Shown here: positions 1 through 12,277 of the stretch, one piece after another
How positions within the stretch are numbered: position 1 is the stretch's first letter
How the letters are laid out: each line of letters starts with the position of its first letter
Source: Ascidiella aspersa
Taxonomy: Eukaryota
Direction of reading: 5' to 3'
Assembly: GCA_963924565.1 (NCBI GenBank)
Contig: OZ004607.1
Coordinates: forward strand, 24,862,001 to 24,926,000
Length of the DNA: 64,000 nucleotides
The notes under the pieces: generated by a model
Seen by the model: the letters and a program-made list of their open reading frames with translations, nothing else
Database searches by the model: none
Told to the model about the DNA's origin: nothing
Program-made: the position numbers and the translations under genes

Positions 1-49
1 CATTTAGATTTTCCTAAAATATATTAATCAACAAACACATGTAAGTAAC

Positions 50-317
50 CTGATTAACACAGTCTGTCATCCATCGTGGGGCAGCATCCAAGTCAATAAA
101 CCACATCGTAGTTTCAGTTATTCCAGGGCATGAATCATTGCTACCTTTATAAATAAATATTTTAGAACATACCAATTTATTTAGATGGACAAAACCAGGT
201 CATACTTGACAAGGGAAGTCCGTGGGAACTAAGAAGACAAGATGTGGTCAATAAAAAAAAACGGCATTTTCTGCATTTTATTTTTACAGCAACATCCCTG
301 GTTGCATTTGTTGTCAT
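50..317 (-). CDS. RNF180: RNF180-like E3 ligase, N-terminal zinc-binding region (DUSP12/YVH1 C-terminal-like); 5' exons only, gene continues off the left edge
   Basis: Exons 317-206 and 144-50 joined by a 61-nt GT-AG intron give MTTNATRDVAVKIKCRKCRFFLLTTSCLLSSHGLPLSSSNDSCPGITETTMWFIDLDAAPRWMTDCVNQ. CRKCR..L..H followed by W(F/H)...P.W resembles the RNF180/DUSP12 zinc-binding module. In-frame stops lie upstream of the ATG; a 5'UTR acceptor is at 343. The RING domain is not in the window. Confidence 0.6.
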
Positions 318-1659
318 CCTTTATTATCTTTCTTATTTGTTCCTGTTAAAAAAAGAAAAAAAATATGAAAAAAACAACTTGCTAAAGTATATAGACTGCA
401 AGATGATGTGAGGAATTGTAGCGATAGGAGGTAATTTTCATTATCTTCTCCATTGTATTGCCCATCTTGTCGTCACTATACAGGTGACCAACGCCCAAAC
501 GAGTGGGATTTGATTCTGCTTTATTCGATTGGATACAGTTTAATCGTTCGATACTAGCGGCTTGAATCACCGTGGTATGTCACTTACTTTAAAGGCCTCA
601 CCCAACCTTCCAACGCTAAAGGCGTATGAGGGTCGGCGGGTCTTTTTCCCAACGATACATAACGTATCTAAGACCGTTTGTAGGAGGGGGCAATATTATG
701 AAACGTATTTCTAGTTAATGGCTCGAAGGTTACTCATCTATAAAACAATAATATCCATCATACACATATTAATATTTCATTACACATAAAATTCATTACT
801 TTTTTAAGTATTAAAACTTTTTTGATATTTAATTTAAACATGTTTTTAATCATCAATCCAAATTAAAATAAAATTGTTTTTTAGTCAATCGTTATGTAAA
901 ACATTTTTATTTTCACTGAAATTAAAACGTCAACGCAGTATGAAAATAGAATGCTAATTAATATCGCATGCTTAAAGCCTGACTTTGAAGTTCTTAATTT
1001 TGATAAAACGACTTTTTAAATTAAAAATTACACACTGTTTTTGTTGCGGAGTTTTGCATTCCTCCCCTGACCTGATTAAATATTATCTTAAAAAAATCAT
1101 AGTCCGACAACAAACATCCTGGATTCGCCCTGCTGCACGCCATTTGTACAAACCTTGGTACAAACAATTCATACTAACCTAAAACTATTGAGTAGCCATA
1201 TTAATATGCTACGGAACCACTGCAAAAAATGCATAGATTAAATATTTTTTATTTTTGTGGTTCCAGTTTTTTTTTCGCCTCACGGGTGGCGCACGGCTTT
1301 TTGAACTTTTTAGAAATTTAAGGCAAAACATGAAAAATTGAATTCATAAATACTGCAGTATATTATTAGTGCTCTAGAGGCGGGTGTTCAACCTGTTATA
1401 AATTTTGATCGTAATTTCGCCTTTTAAAAAAGGCAACCCTGCATACGGCCACCTATAAAAAGTTAAAATGGTAAAGTTTCTATGAAAATTTTAAATTGTT
1501 TGACGTTTTCAATTTCCGGTCCAGTTTTGAGCAACTCGCTTGCGTGGGTGACGCGTGTTTTTGTTCAAGGTTTTTAAAATGTTTCAAAAAGCACGATTGT
1601 TTTACGATTTCAGTGACATTTCAAAAGGACTGGGCGCGTTGGATCAAAATTAAACAAGG

Positions 1660-2445
1660 ATACCCGGTAACAATACAATATAACGTACCTAATAAAACAG
1701 TACATAGCCTAAAAATAAAATTATAACTTAAAAATAGAGTTTCAAATAGCATGTATCCATTTAGGTGGTATTATACGATTTATTTTCTTAGACAATGTAT
1801 TAACTAACTATAGTAAACTACAAGTTACGCAATACATTATGAAATGCCAAATAAAACATTGATTACCTGAAAATAAAATTATAATTTAAAAATAAAGTTT
1901 GAAATAACATGTATTATTCTATGTGATCTATACGATTTATTTCCTAAGCAACATACTATTAAATATAGGGTTCTTAATAACAATGCAATATAACCTACAT
2001 ATATAAGCATAACAATATCTTCTTTAAATAATAATGTAACTTAAAATTACAAATACCATATAATAATTTAGGTGGTAACTGGTAACATACGATTTCTTTT
2101 CTTAAAACATATATTAACTAATTATTGTAAATTACAGTGTACTTGGTAACAATACAATATAACCTACATAATTAAAAATTACAATATCTATCAATTTAAG
2201 TATTATGTAGATATTTCACAGTTATAAATAACATCTGTATCAATAAGTTATTTTGTAAAAATATCTTTTTCGTAAACTTGGTGCAAGTTTGTTACCTTAT
2301 AAAATATAAACATAAAAAAAATTATGTCAGTCACTTAGATATACTCTATGTTATAAATTAAAATAAATTTAAAATAGTTAAATATCAATCTAGGGGGGTA
2401 ATATACAATAATTATATTATTATAGACCTTAACCTAATAACAATA
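1660..2445. repeat. Degenerate AT-rich tandem array (about 160-175 bp unit), resuming at about 4438-4760 after a hAT insertion
   Basis: Recurrent GGTAACAATACAATATAACCTACATA and ATACGATTTATTTTCTTA-like blocks at about 1667, 1975, 2146, 4436 and 4726. Confidence 0.5.
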
Positions 2446-4437
2446 CCAGATTGGAAACTTTGGATTTTGCGTGGGGGAGATGTTTTGCAGCTGTTTATTT
2501 TTCTCGGCTGAAAATAAACCACCAGGCTACCGAAGGTTGTAAGTTGCAAAATTATATTAAACTTACAGCATTCATAGAATACTTAAAGCACTGCGCGATG
2601 TTTGGTTAATGTGCGTGCGCAGTGCGCAGGTAAACATATAAAAAGTTAGAAAGTGTAGCATTTAATATGCAATATTTGCAATATTATTGTCAAATTTGAC
2701 GTCACTATACCCATGACCGTTGTCCACTGACGCATGCCCAAAACGCCAAACTGTGCGTTTTCAGTGTTTCACAGGGGATTCTATTTTATGCATTCTATTT
2801 AATTATATACGTCTTATAGAGTATAAAATCGAAAAAAAAAAAACCCAAGCCCCCTGGAAAAAGACCTAAATGGCTAGAAAAAGGCCCCTCATAATTTTAA
2901 CCTAAACCCAAATTGTAAGCCCGCCCATTACCCGCCCTTAACCCCAAACAGGGACAAACAATCCGGTGCCAAAACAGCGACACCCTAACTGCGCTGTCCA
3001 AACTAGGGCGTTCAAACCTCGACATCAAAACGGCCGATGCCAGACAGGTGTCCCTCAAACATCCCATACCCTCTCCCTTCAGTTTTAGGCATTTTGTGTC
3101 CATTTAGGCATTATTCCGTTAAATTTAGGACTTATTTTGAAAGGTTTACTACGACTTTTTGGACGATTTTATATATTCTTTTGTGTTAATACCATGGAAC
3201 TTTTGATTATTCTGATTTAGATATTGTTGTTTTGTAGGTCTTTTGTATGCTCCCCATTAGAGCAATACGCAAAACTCGACCAATATTTTGAATCAAATAT
3301 TTTTTTAAAGAAACGACATCGAGGCAAAATATCGGACATTACAGGTCATTGCCGTACTTTAAATCAGAATCTTATTAATTTTATTGAAACCACAGGCACT
3401 AAAATACATATAAGTCCCGTTTCGACAGATTGTATTTAAAAAATCAGTTGGCACGTTTCAAAATGCCCAGCCGATTTAAATAGAAAAGGAACTTTAATTT
3501 CTGAATGTTTAAGCCCATTGATAACTTTTGGTGCAATTACTTGATGCTTTTTCTTTTACGTTTTGTTAGGGTAGACCAGAAAGTAATGCCGTTTAAGTCC
3601 AAAACTTGATTTGCATTTATACACAGCTCGGAAATCTCCGAGAGGGCCTTTTCATATTGGGAAAACACCAATCCATCTTAGACCGATCCTTTAAACTAAT
3701 ACTTTTAAACTTGTTTCCCGTCCATGGTTTGCTTGTCTACCACTCTATAAAAAGACTCAGCTACTGCTTATGTGCCTCAGTGCCTGTGTTCGCATACATA
3801 ACGTTGAACAATGCGCAGATATCCATGCCATTTCCAGCTTAAAATGTTGGATCTGCGTATAAACTCTGTATAACGGCATTTATTCCTCAAAGTAATAACA
3901 TTTTCGGTTAATTGCTTCTATTTTAAATCACGCTATTAGACATGTTGATTTCAGCTGCATATTTTGCACATGAGTGTGCTCGAAAAAAAACAGGTGTTTT
4001 TATTATTAATTGTGTTATTACGTACGTTAAAAAAATGTTATGAGACTTCAGTATGCGGGCCGCAATTTTTTTTTGTGCTTGTTGTGGCTCTGTACCATTT
4101 TAAGTTGTGCAGGCCCGATTGAAGGTGATACCTTTTTGGTCATACATGAGTGAATAAATGTGACGTCAGTTTTACAGAAGCCATGCTAACGTTTCTATTA
4201 TGTTATTATACTTCTCATAAATAGTAGAGGTTGTTAAAGTCCATATTTATATTTTAGCAGTATTACTCATTTTTAGGTAATTTAGTTTCATACAGAAGTT
4301 TGCACGGCTGAAGTTTTGCACGTTTGCTCGAGTCAGATTTGCGCGGCTGAACACATTTTCTATGAAATGCGCGGCTGTGACCGCGGTTGAAAGTGCAACT
4401 GCGCGGGGGATTTATCAGGCCAAACTTTCCAACCTGG
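2446..4437. mobile_element. Non-autonomous hAT-type DNA transposon (about 2 kb)
   Basis: Imperfect TIRs CCAGATTGGAAACTTTGG / CCAAACTTTCCAACCTGG; 8-bp TSD TAACAATA at 2438-2445 and 4438-4445. Confidence 0.7.
2830..3140 (+). repeat. Copy of an interspersed repeat family (other copies at about 15511, 23250, 26540, 40340, 53440)
   Basis: Shared core ATCCGGTGCCAAAACAGCG...AAACTAGGGCG...AAAACGGCCGATGCCAGAC and TTTAGGACTTATT motifs. Confidence 0.6.
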
Positions 4438-5311
4438 TAACAATACAATAATTAAGCAACATAATACTGATGTCTTTTTTAATGCAATTGTACTAGGGTT
4501 GTATAGAATATAAAAGTACTGAAGAACACTGGGTTTGAAATTTCCAAAAAGAAATCCAGAATATTAAATCTAAATTATTTTTTGTTCATTTAATCATAAA
4601 TCCATGACGAACGTTTAATTACAGTGTAATAATTTTTTAGGCAAACTGTAATTAAATGCAAAACAATTTTGTAGAAAGATTGCAGCAAATTTAAAACAAT
4701 AGCTTTCAAAGGGTTTGTAATTTACCTGGTAACAATGTAATCTACCTTATAAAACATTCAATGTACTACAAAAGTGACACTAAAGTTGCTAGACAACTAA
4801 CAAATGAATTTATAATAATAAACATGTTTTCGATTAATTAAAAAAAAAACTGCTTATACCTTCAAATACACTCATTTGTAAAATACATAAAATATTAGTA
4901 CAAGTTCTTACATTTTTATATGATTATACATATAAATGTATATAGCATTAGTAAAATTTCAGATAACTATTCACTTGTTATTTAGTTACACAGAATGTGT
5001 AGGTATGAACCACATATAACAAAATTGGTACAGTATGCAAACCAAATCTTACGAAAGTTTGGGAAAATTTTTTTGGTGGAATATCTTGACATTTTGATAG
5101 TGCTTTAATTCCTGATTTTACCTTTCTGATACATTTGATAATCTAGAACAAGTATATATATATATATATTGACAATTATTTGTTCAATATGTATATTTTA
5201 TTTGGACTGTAATTTTACATTAATATTAATTTAACTTTATTTTAGATATCTACTGATATATATTTTTAATATTTATACTAATTATTGGCCGGTACGTCCA
5301 ACCTTTAAATT

Positions 5312-6292
5312 ATGCCAGAAGACGATACAAAACTGTTTGTTGGGGGCTTGTCATGGGCCACAACTGAAGAAAAAATGAAAAATTACTTCAGTCAATTTGG
5401 AACAGTCACTGAAACCAAGGTTATGAAAGATAAAGTTACGGAGCACTCTCGTGGCTTTGGGTTTGTAACCTTTTCTGATGCAAGTGGTGTTGCAGCTGTC
5501 CTTAAATCAAGACCTCATGTTCTGGATGACAAAACTATTGACCCGAAGCATTGCACACCTATGGAGGTGCAAAAAAAGAAGAAAGAAGAAGAAAAAATGC
5601 ATGTGAGAACCCATAAAATTTTTATTGGCGGACTTCCCAGGGATATTTCAGAAGCAGAAGTAAGAAAGTATTTTGTTAAGTTTGGTGAAGTGTCAGAAGT
5701 TACATTTGCCCTGAGTAAGGATGACAATCTAAACAAAGGATTTGGATTTGTAACCTTCTCTGAAGAATCCTCTGCCGCCATGGCGGTCAACCAACACTAC
5801 CATGAGATTTCAGGCAAAAGAGTTGAAGCCAAGAAAGCTGAACCAAGGGATACCAACCGTGTACCTAAACAACAGTCCCAACAACAACAGCCATATCAGC
5901 AGAATGATCAACAACAGTGGAACAACTATGGAGCTGGTGTACAGAACCAAAACAACCCTAACCAGGGTTATGGACAAATGAGTGGTTGGGGACAAGGTTA
6001 TGGTGCTATGGGCCCCTCAGGAGGTTATATGCCCAACAATAGTTACGGTTATGGGCAAATGTATTCTGGATATGGGAGTTATGGTTATGGCCAGCAATAC
6101 CCACAGCAAGGTGCACCCGTCCAAGGTGGATACCCAAACATGGGAACATATAACCAATATAACTCTTCCTATGGCCCTATGTACGGAGGCGATGCTTCAA
6201 AAGCGGCTGCTCCTGCTGCTGCTGCTGCTACTACTGGTAAAGATTCAAGCAATGGTGATAAATCTACTGGATATCATCCATACAAGAGATAA
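5312..6292 (+). CDS. DAZAP1: DAZAP1/Hrb27C (hrp48)-type hnRNP: two RRMs, Q/G/Y-rich low-complexity tail and C-terminal PY-NLS
   Basis: KLFVGGLSW and RGFGFVTF (RNP2/RNP1), SRPHVLDDKTIDPKHCTP, KIFIGGLP, KRVEAKKAEPRD and terminal YHPYKR closely match DAZAP1. Single 326-aa ORF; splice acceptor TTTTATTTTAG ends at 5245. Confidence 0.9.
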   Translation: MPEDDTKLFVGGLSWATTEEKMKNYFSQFGTVTETKVMKDKVTEHSRGFGFVTFSDASGVAAVLKSRPHVLDDKTIDPKHCTPMEVQKKKKEEEKMHVRTHKIFIGGLPRDISEAEVRKYFVKFGEVSEVTFALSKDDNLNKGFGFVTFSEESSAAMAVNQHYHEISGKRVEAKKAEPRDTNRVPKQQSQQQQPYQQNDQQQWNNYGAGVQNQNNPNQGYGQMSGWGQGYGAMGPSGGYMPNNSYGYGQMYSGYGSYGYGQQYPQQGAPVQGGYPNMGTYNQYNSSYGPMYGGDASKAAAPAAAAATTGKDSSNGDKSTGYHPYKR

Positions 6293-6417
6293 CTTTCATG
6301 ACTGCTCATTGCTTTTAAAGAACTTATCTGCCTGTAAATATCACACAATTTGCAGCAGAAACAAAGCTTTATATGGTTTTAAACAAATTTAAGCAAGCAA
6401 TCCTCTGGCAGTTATTG

Positions 6418-9400
6418 TTATTCCACTTTAACATTTTTATCCATTTGATTGATTTCTGTGTTTAGAGATACATAACAGTATCCAAGAACACATGCCGAGA
6501 GTATTCCAATATAACCGCCTGTGTAAAAACAATTGTTTTTGTATGTACAAATGATTTTGTAAAAATACAACCCACCATTGATGAAAATTTGTGTGAAATA
6601 TAGCTGAAATGCTTCGAGACCATTTATTGCAATACTGTTAAACAGCAAGATACACCAGTAGTTCATTCCAAGCAGTAATGTCTTTGGAATCTAAATATAT
6701 GTGTATGTTTATCTATATTTGTTGTAAATTCAGTATAGTTGCACTGCTGAAATTACTTACCTTATTTTGGATCCCAGAGTTTTGTTGGCTTATTATAAAT
6801 TCTACAGTTAATCCAACCCAATTTAGAAATGCCCACAGAAGAGTGTTCAGCCCTAACCCTTGTAAAAACACGACCACCATAAATGAAAGTCCTCCTGCAA
6901 TTGCCTCTTTGGTAATGTTTGTATGGCCATTGCCCACAGGATTATACACGTATCTGTTAAACAACCATTTTTGTTATATCGGATTAAAATATCGAGATTA
7001 AAAGTGTGGTTAGGACTGTGGATGTCCAACACTAATACCCGCTATTTTGGACAAAAATCGCGGTCTGATACCAAATGACGTCTTTTATATGCTTACACAA
7101 CCAAATTAGATAGAGTTGGAACGTTAGGAGTATTTTTTTCAGATTCTTAGGCCAAAATTTGCTTTACCGTTAAGAAGTTAGAGTACCTCCTGTTGTTAAC
7201 CTAGTATTTTTTTTTAACTTTTTAAGGTAAAAATAGTTGAGTTAGATCGCAAATAAGTTTGAAATTCCTGTAATAGTTTGATATAGGATCGGCACTGCTA
7301 CTGCCCTAGTATCGGACGAGTACCGATACTACTACTTGGCACCGGGTATAGACTCCGATCCGATATTATCGGACGTCCTTATTTATGGCCCGTACTGCAC
7401 AAGCTCTAAAACTTTGATTCTGGCCATATTTAACCCGTTTAAGTTCTAAACAACAAAAAAGTTTATGGTAGTAATTTGTAACCATGTTTTTACCGACAAA
7501 GCCAGTGCTGTATACCGCGGTCGAAGTAGGTGTCTGCAAAAGTGAAGATTCTCGAGATGTTTTTGCAGCCCCTGGGTGCCTCGCTGTAGCCATCAACATG
7601 GCCGGCCACGCCACTGGATAGTGCATACAGAACCCGGCCTTTCATCCAATCCAGAAATACGTTAGCGAACGCCAGGAATCCTGACACATATTAGTAAGTT
7701 AATATTTTTGTTAATATTAAAATAACTAAATACATTTTCACAGAGTGTTTTCAAAACTTTCATGTGAGAGTGCCATGGTATTCACGGCAGCGCCTTTGGC
7801 TAAATGTTGGCGTTAAACGGCGTAAACACATTACCAAGCTAAATGGTATACACGCGAACGACTTTTGTGTTTATATCAGGCGAATAGACAAAATATAATT
7901 TCCGGGTGTGTCATGCCCGCGTCGAAAACAAAAAAAAATGCTTGCAGCAAAGTCAAAAGCGTGCATGACCGCATGTTTTATAAATGTCTTCCAACCTAAA
8001 ACTTGAATAAAACATCAACGAAACTGGATAAGAAAAAAAAAATAGTATTAACGAACTGTGTTGTGGAACGTCCTTTTCTGAAAAGTATTTTATTGGCCCC
8101 CCAAACAAAAATCGTAGATGCGCGCCTGGCGGGCGAAACAGTTGTTAACTAGGTTGAATCTCACGACTAAGCGATTGTTATTTTTAATCAAGACAAGGTT
8201 AAAACGATTTTCTGTAAACAGTTTTCCACTAGCTAAATTTTAGATTTTATCGACCTTAAAGGTTGTTCGTAAAGTTTGTCTATTGTATTTTTGGCTGCCA
8301 CGTGTAAACTTAGGATACAATTTGCTGCACAATCTTTATAGGTTTGCGTTATATATGTTACAAATTTTGCCTTTGCTTTAATAAGCTGTGTTTTTACCAA
8401 AGCTTATGTTTAGCGACAATCAGACGTAATTTTTCATGGCAGCTAGTTACATGGGTAGCTCGGTGCGCGTCGTCGCTCGATTTATTTATAGTCGGATATA
8501 CGGATATGTCACAGTTGTATCCAACATTAAAAAAATCAACACTATTGATCATACCCACTACAACAGAAGGACTGTTTTTCATAAAGGATTGATCCAGTGG
8601 AAGTGACGACACGTGGAAAAAGTGCAAAAGAAAATCGACGCACATCACGTAAACTCCGACCCGAGCAACGTCTTTTAAGAAGTGTACAACCGTCTCCGAT
8701 TTGTTGAAACTCGGCTTCTAGCGTAATAAAACATAGTTTAGTTTGTCCTAAGTTCGATATACGAGCTTACAAAGCAACGTCTTAAAAGTCTTTTGACTAC
8801 CCTAATGTGTTAAATAAAACATTTTTTTTAATGTTTTATTAAAACATTATCACGTGCAGTGTACAAGTTGTTCCTTTTCACATGCGACGTTTTATGTCAC
8901 AAATAAAAATATCTTTACCTGTTTAGAAAATACGTCGTACGTCATTACTGGTCCAAAGAAAAAGTAAGGCAGGTAGAAACTGTACCGAATTAGACTAAAA
9001 AAGGTGTCCAATGTTCCAGTCGAAGTTTTCCTGCAATGTTCGAAACCGAAACTACAGCATCGAAACACCCCCAACAACATTGCTGAGTGAGCCAAGATTG
9101 CATAGCTGTTTATCGATGCGGAATATAACACCTGAAAGTTAGCAACAAATGTGAGGAGGGTAAACGAAAATTGCCAGCATCCAATATATGTTTGATGAAC
9201 AGCGACCAACGCCAAATATCAGGCAGATTTGATTTTTCACAAACCAGGGAGGGAAGAATATGTGTTTCGGGGATGTTGATATAAAGAATGTGTTGGCTAC
9301 TAAAGTTCCAAGCATAGGTGATTTTTTTTTTGCTAATTGGTTTACAGATAAGGGCCTGTTTAATAATCCAAAAAAGTTAAACTTTTAAGTTTCGAGATTT

Positions 9401-11208
9401 AAAAGAAATTAGGGTTTCGTGCGATGCGTAGAATTCGGGCAAAACGGACCTCTCACAAGGGTGTTCGTTGTTACTCGCGTACCACAAATTAAAGCTTTAC
9501 CGTTTTCGTGTATTGGCCTTTCAGTGTGCATTTTGGAACTGGAACAAATTACTTAATATCGTTTTATTTTATATTTAGATCAGTTTTGCAGGAATTAAAA
9601 ATCTTAACAAGATCTCCTGTAAAAATGGTTGATTGATATTTATTTGAATACTAATTTTGAATACTACTAATGAGTTGGTATAATAGCAAGCATTGGCGTA
9701 TGGTTATTTGTGGACTCGCTCCTTTCAGGGCCTGTGTAGCTCATTTGGTAGAGCCGACGGTCCTGGTATGGTCGGAGGTCGTGAGATCGAACCTCATTGC
9801 AGGCTAGTTTTTTCCTGCCTTGCTTGTATCATTGATCGACGGTGAGTCTACGATGGCTTTTGGTGTACTTTTTTATGATACGTAAGCCGTAATCGTTGGT
9901 CAAAAAGCAGCTTCAGAAGGGCTGGACCACAGTTGTTGAACACGTATGTATGTGTATATGTCATTCAATGAGTTGGTATAACGTGTTACAAATATAAAGG
10001 CAGTTTCTATTTATACCCATTCAACTTTTATATTGATGCAATTTTACTCGTGCAATTTGTTTTTGCCCCGCCTTTCCCAAATGATGTCATGTGGTAGGGA
10101 ATCGGATTAAAGTGTCAAGCATCGATCATTACTACTTTAAGCTACATTCATGGTCCGAACATGGCAAAGAAAATTAATAATTAGTGGGTGGACATGGTGT
10201 ATGGTTTGATAATAAATATAATGAGTTTGTTAATTCAACTGAATGTTGTAGCCTCCTTTTTTATCGTTTTCGTAACGCCAATTTAACGAACCTGCATATA
10301 TGGACTCAAGTGCATTGATATCAACAGAATGGCACCAAGTGACCAAACATAAAGCTCTCTTTTTAGCGTGGAAACCACGTAGAATATTGCACTGCACAAA
10401 GCCACCGCCGCCACGAACTTCCATCCGAGCAAAGTGTAGATCCACATAAAGTCGTGGGAGAACAGTACCGTATTTCCAACCTTTAAGTATAACATCAGAT
10501 GATAAATATATGGAGTGCTGTCTTTTGATATCAGGACACCAAAAAAACTAGGACGTCGCATCGCAATTAGCGCTACCGTTTTAGTGTTTTGATTGGTCAA
10601 TGTAAATAATTGAATGTATTTTTTTCTGAATTTACACTTACATAAACACAATGCAAATGGTCACGATCACTACCTTTCAATTTCTTAAAGTTTTCTTGAA
10701 ATAACATTCTTAGTAATGTGTATGGTGCAAACTTGGTTCTAAGGATATATAGCCTACCTAATAATATTTTTGTATATCGGTAGTAGTAGGCTATAGAGTA
10801 GTAGGCCTATACACTTATTTAAAAAAAAAAAACTATAATAAATAAAATGACCGAATGTTTTTCTTTAATTAGAGGGTGTAGTAAATATTGATAAAAACTG
10901 CTTACCTCGTTGTTGAACTCTAAGTAACCGCACCCAATCGTACATAACGAGTGACAAACGTACATTGCCAATAACACGAAACGAGATTCGGAAAACCACA
11001 GAGTCCATTCGAAGTCGGCAATGTCTTTCTTTCTCGACATGGCCGACCAACCTTCTCCCAAAAAACGTTTGGAGCTTCTTTCATCTGTTCCTTCATGCTC
11101 TACCGATTCTCCAAATACGTGTAGCAGCGAATATATTGCCACACATAAAAGTACTAAACTGCACATCTTTCCTTCCCCAGAAAGTACTTTCCATCTTTTG
11201 ACCGACAT
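6418..11208 (-). CDS. HHATL: Hedgehog acyltransferase-like MBOAT protein (HHATL/GUP1-type), 8 coding exons
   Basis: Exons 11208-10906, 10480-10292, 9131-8919, 8717-8555, 7680-7494, 6953-6761, 6690-6576, 6518-6418, all GT-AG and in phase. Motifs [65 protein letters not shown] and LLWAFLNWVGLTVE match HHATL better than HHAT. Confidence 0.85.
9684..9966 (+). mobile_element. tRNA-related SINE-like insertion in HHATL intron 2
   Basis: Perfect 15-bp TSD AATGAGTTGGTATAA at 9669-9683 and 9967-9981; internal tRNA-like module with A and B boxes; (TATG)n-like tail ending CATTC. Confidence 0.75.
9730..9805 (+). ncRNA. tRNA-like module (pseudo-tRNA) with Pol III A/B boxes
   Basis: Acceptor stem GCCTGTG/TGCAGGC, D arm GCTC-ATTTGGTA-GAGC, T arm GTGAG-ATCGAAC-CTCAT. 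The anticodon arm is non-canonical (12-nt loop). A T6 run follows at 9808-9813. Confidence 0.55.
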
Positions 11209-12277
11209 TATAAAAGTTACCATACAGTTGGTTGGCAAGTTTATTTAAATTTATTTACATGGACTATAAACAAGCATAAGGTTGCCAAGTTAACTTGCAC
11301 AAGCAGTTTTGAAACTAACCCGAGAGGTATGTGTCCTACCAACAGTCATACAGCGACAGCCCAAAGCAATACTTACTAGTGACATAGCCCAGAGCTATTT
11401 CTAAGCTTGATTTTACCTTTACTACTTTCAAAAGCGTTACCGCTTTCCTATTCAGAACACAGCGAGTTTGACTGCAGTTCTGTAGTGTTTGTCATCTTTT
11501 TATAACGTAGTTACAGTTACCTAGAAAGGCCAGTCACGATTTATCACGTCACGCTATTTGCGAAATATTCACGGGCTCACGGCATTATTGTTCAGTAGAT
11601 TGTGACGATTTACCAACGTTCTTGCTTTGTCTGCTTCCGGAATATATAGCTGTTACGCTACACACATGTACAGATTTTTAGCTGTTCAAACCTGGGTGGT
11701 TTACTGTGGCACGGCACTTTTGTACGGCTATTACGCAGCAATACGCTTTCTTCAGCGGAGCGTCGAATCTCAAACGTGCAAATAATAGCACTTGTTTGCC
11801 AAATGGCCGATCATCCTCCATCGCACGTTTTGTCTAAATACCCAAGGTAGTAAAAAGCGCCCGAAATGAAAAAGGAATCTAACTTGACAAGAGCGTTTCA
11901 GTTTTTCCAAATTAGATTACAATTATAAATAGATCACTTTAAAGCTTACACGGATGTCGTACAACAACCCTCCCCGAAAATAATTAATAGTGATTCAGAC
12001 CAAAGCGTAATGGCTTCTTACAGTGTGTTTAACCACGCAAAATTTAGACAAAGTTTGCACAATATCGCGTTAATTGCAAATTTTGAACAGTATAGTCAAT
12101 TTTCACTTTCAAAGAGGAGTTTACTTACGTTTGACGCAGTTTGGTCTTAGGATTACGTATTGCGTGAATATCACGCTTTCGCGCAAGGCTAAACCATTCG
12201 TGCTGCAACTTACATTTTACGTGTTAGGGTTCCGATCGATAAATATGACGGATTTCGTTAAAAAGATGTGTGACACA

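Noticed and set aside
172-225. Possible selenocysteine read-through (FPCQV-TGA-PGF) on the minus strand
   Set aside because: The TGA lies in the GTATGA donor of a 61-nt intron, and the spliced frame gives a coherent RNF180-like protein.
5515-6392. Overlapping alternative and antisense ORFs at DAZAP1 (likewise those over the 7TM gene, PHAX and pol)
   Set aside because: Shadow ORFs of real coding sequence with no independent motifs.
9730-9805. Functional tRNA gene
   Set aside because: The anticodon arm cannot form a 5-bp stem with a 7-nt loop, and the module sits inside a TSD-flanked insert.
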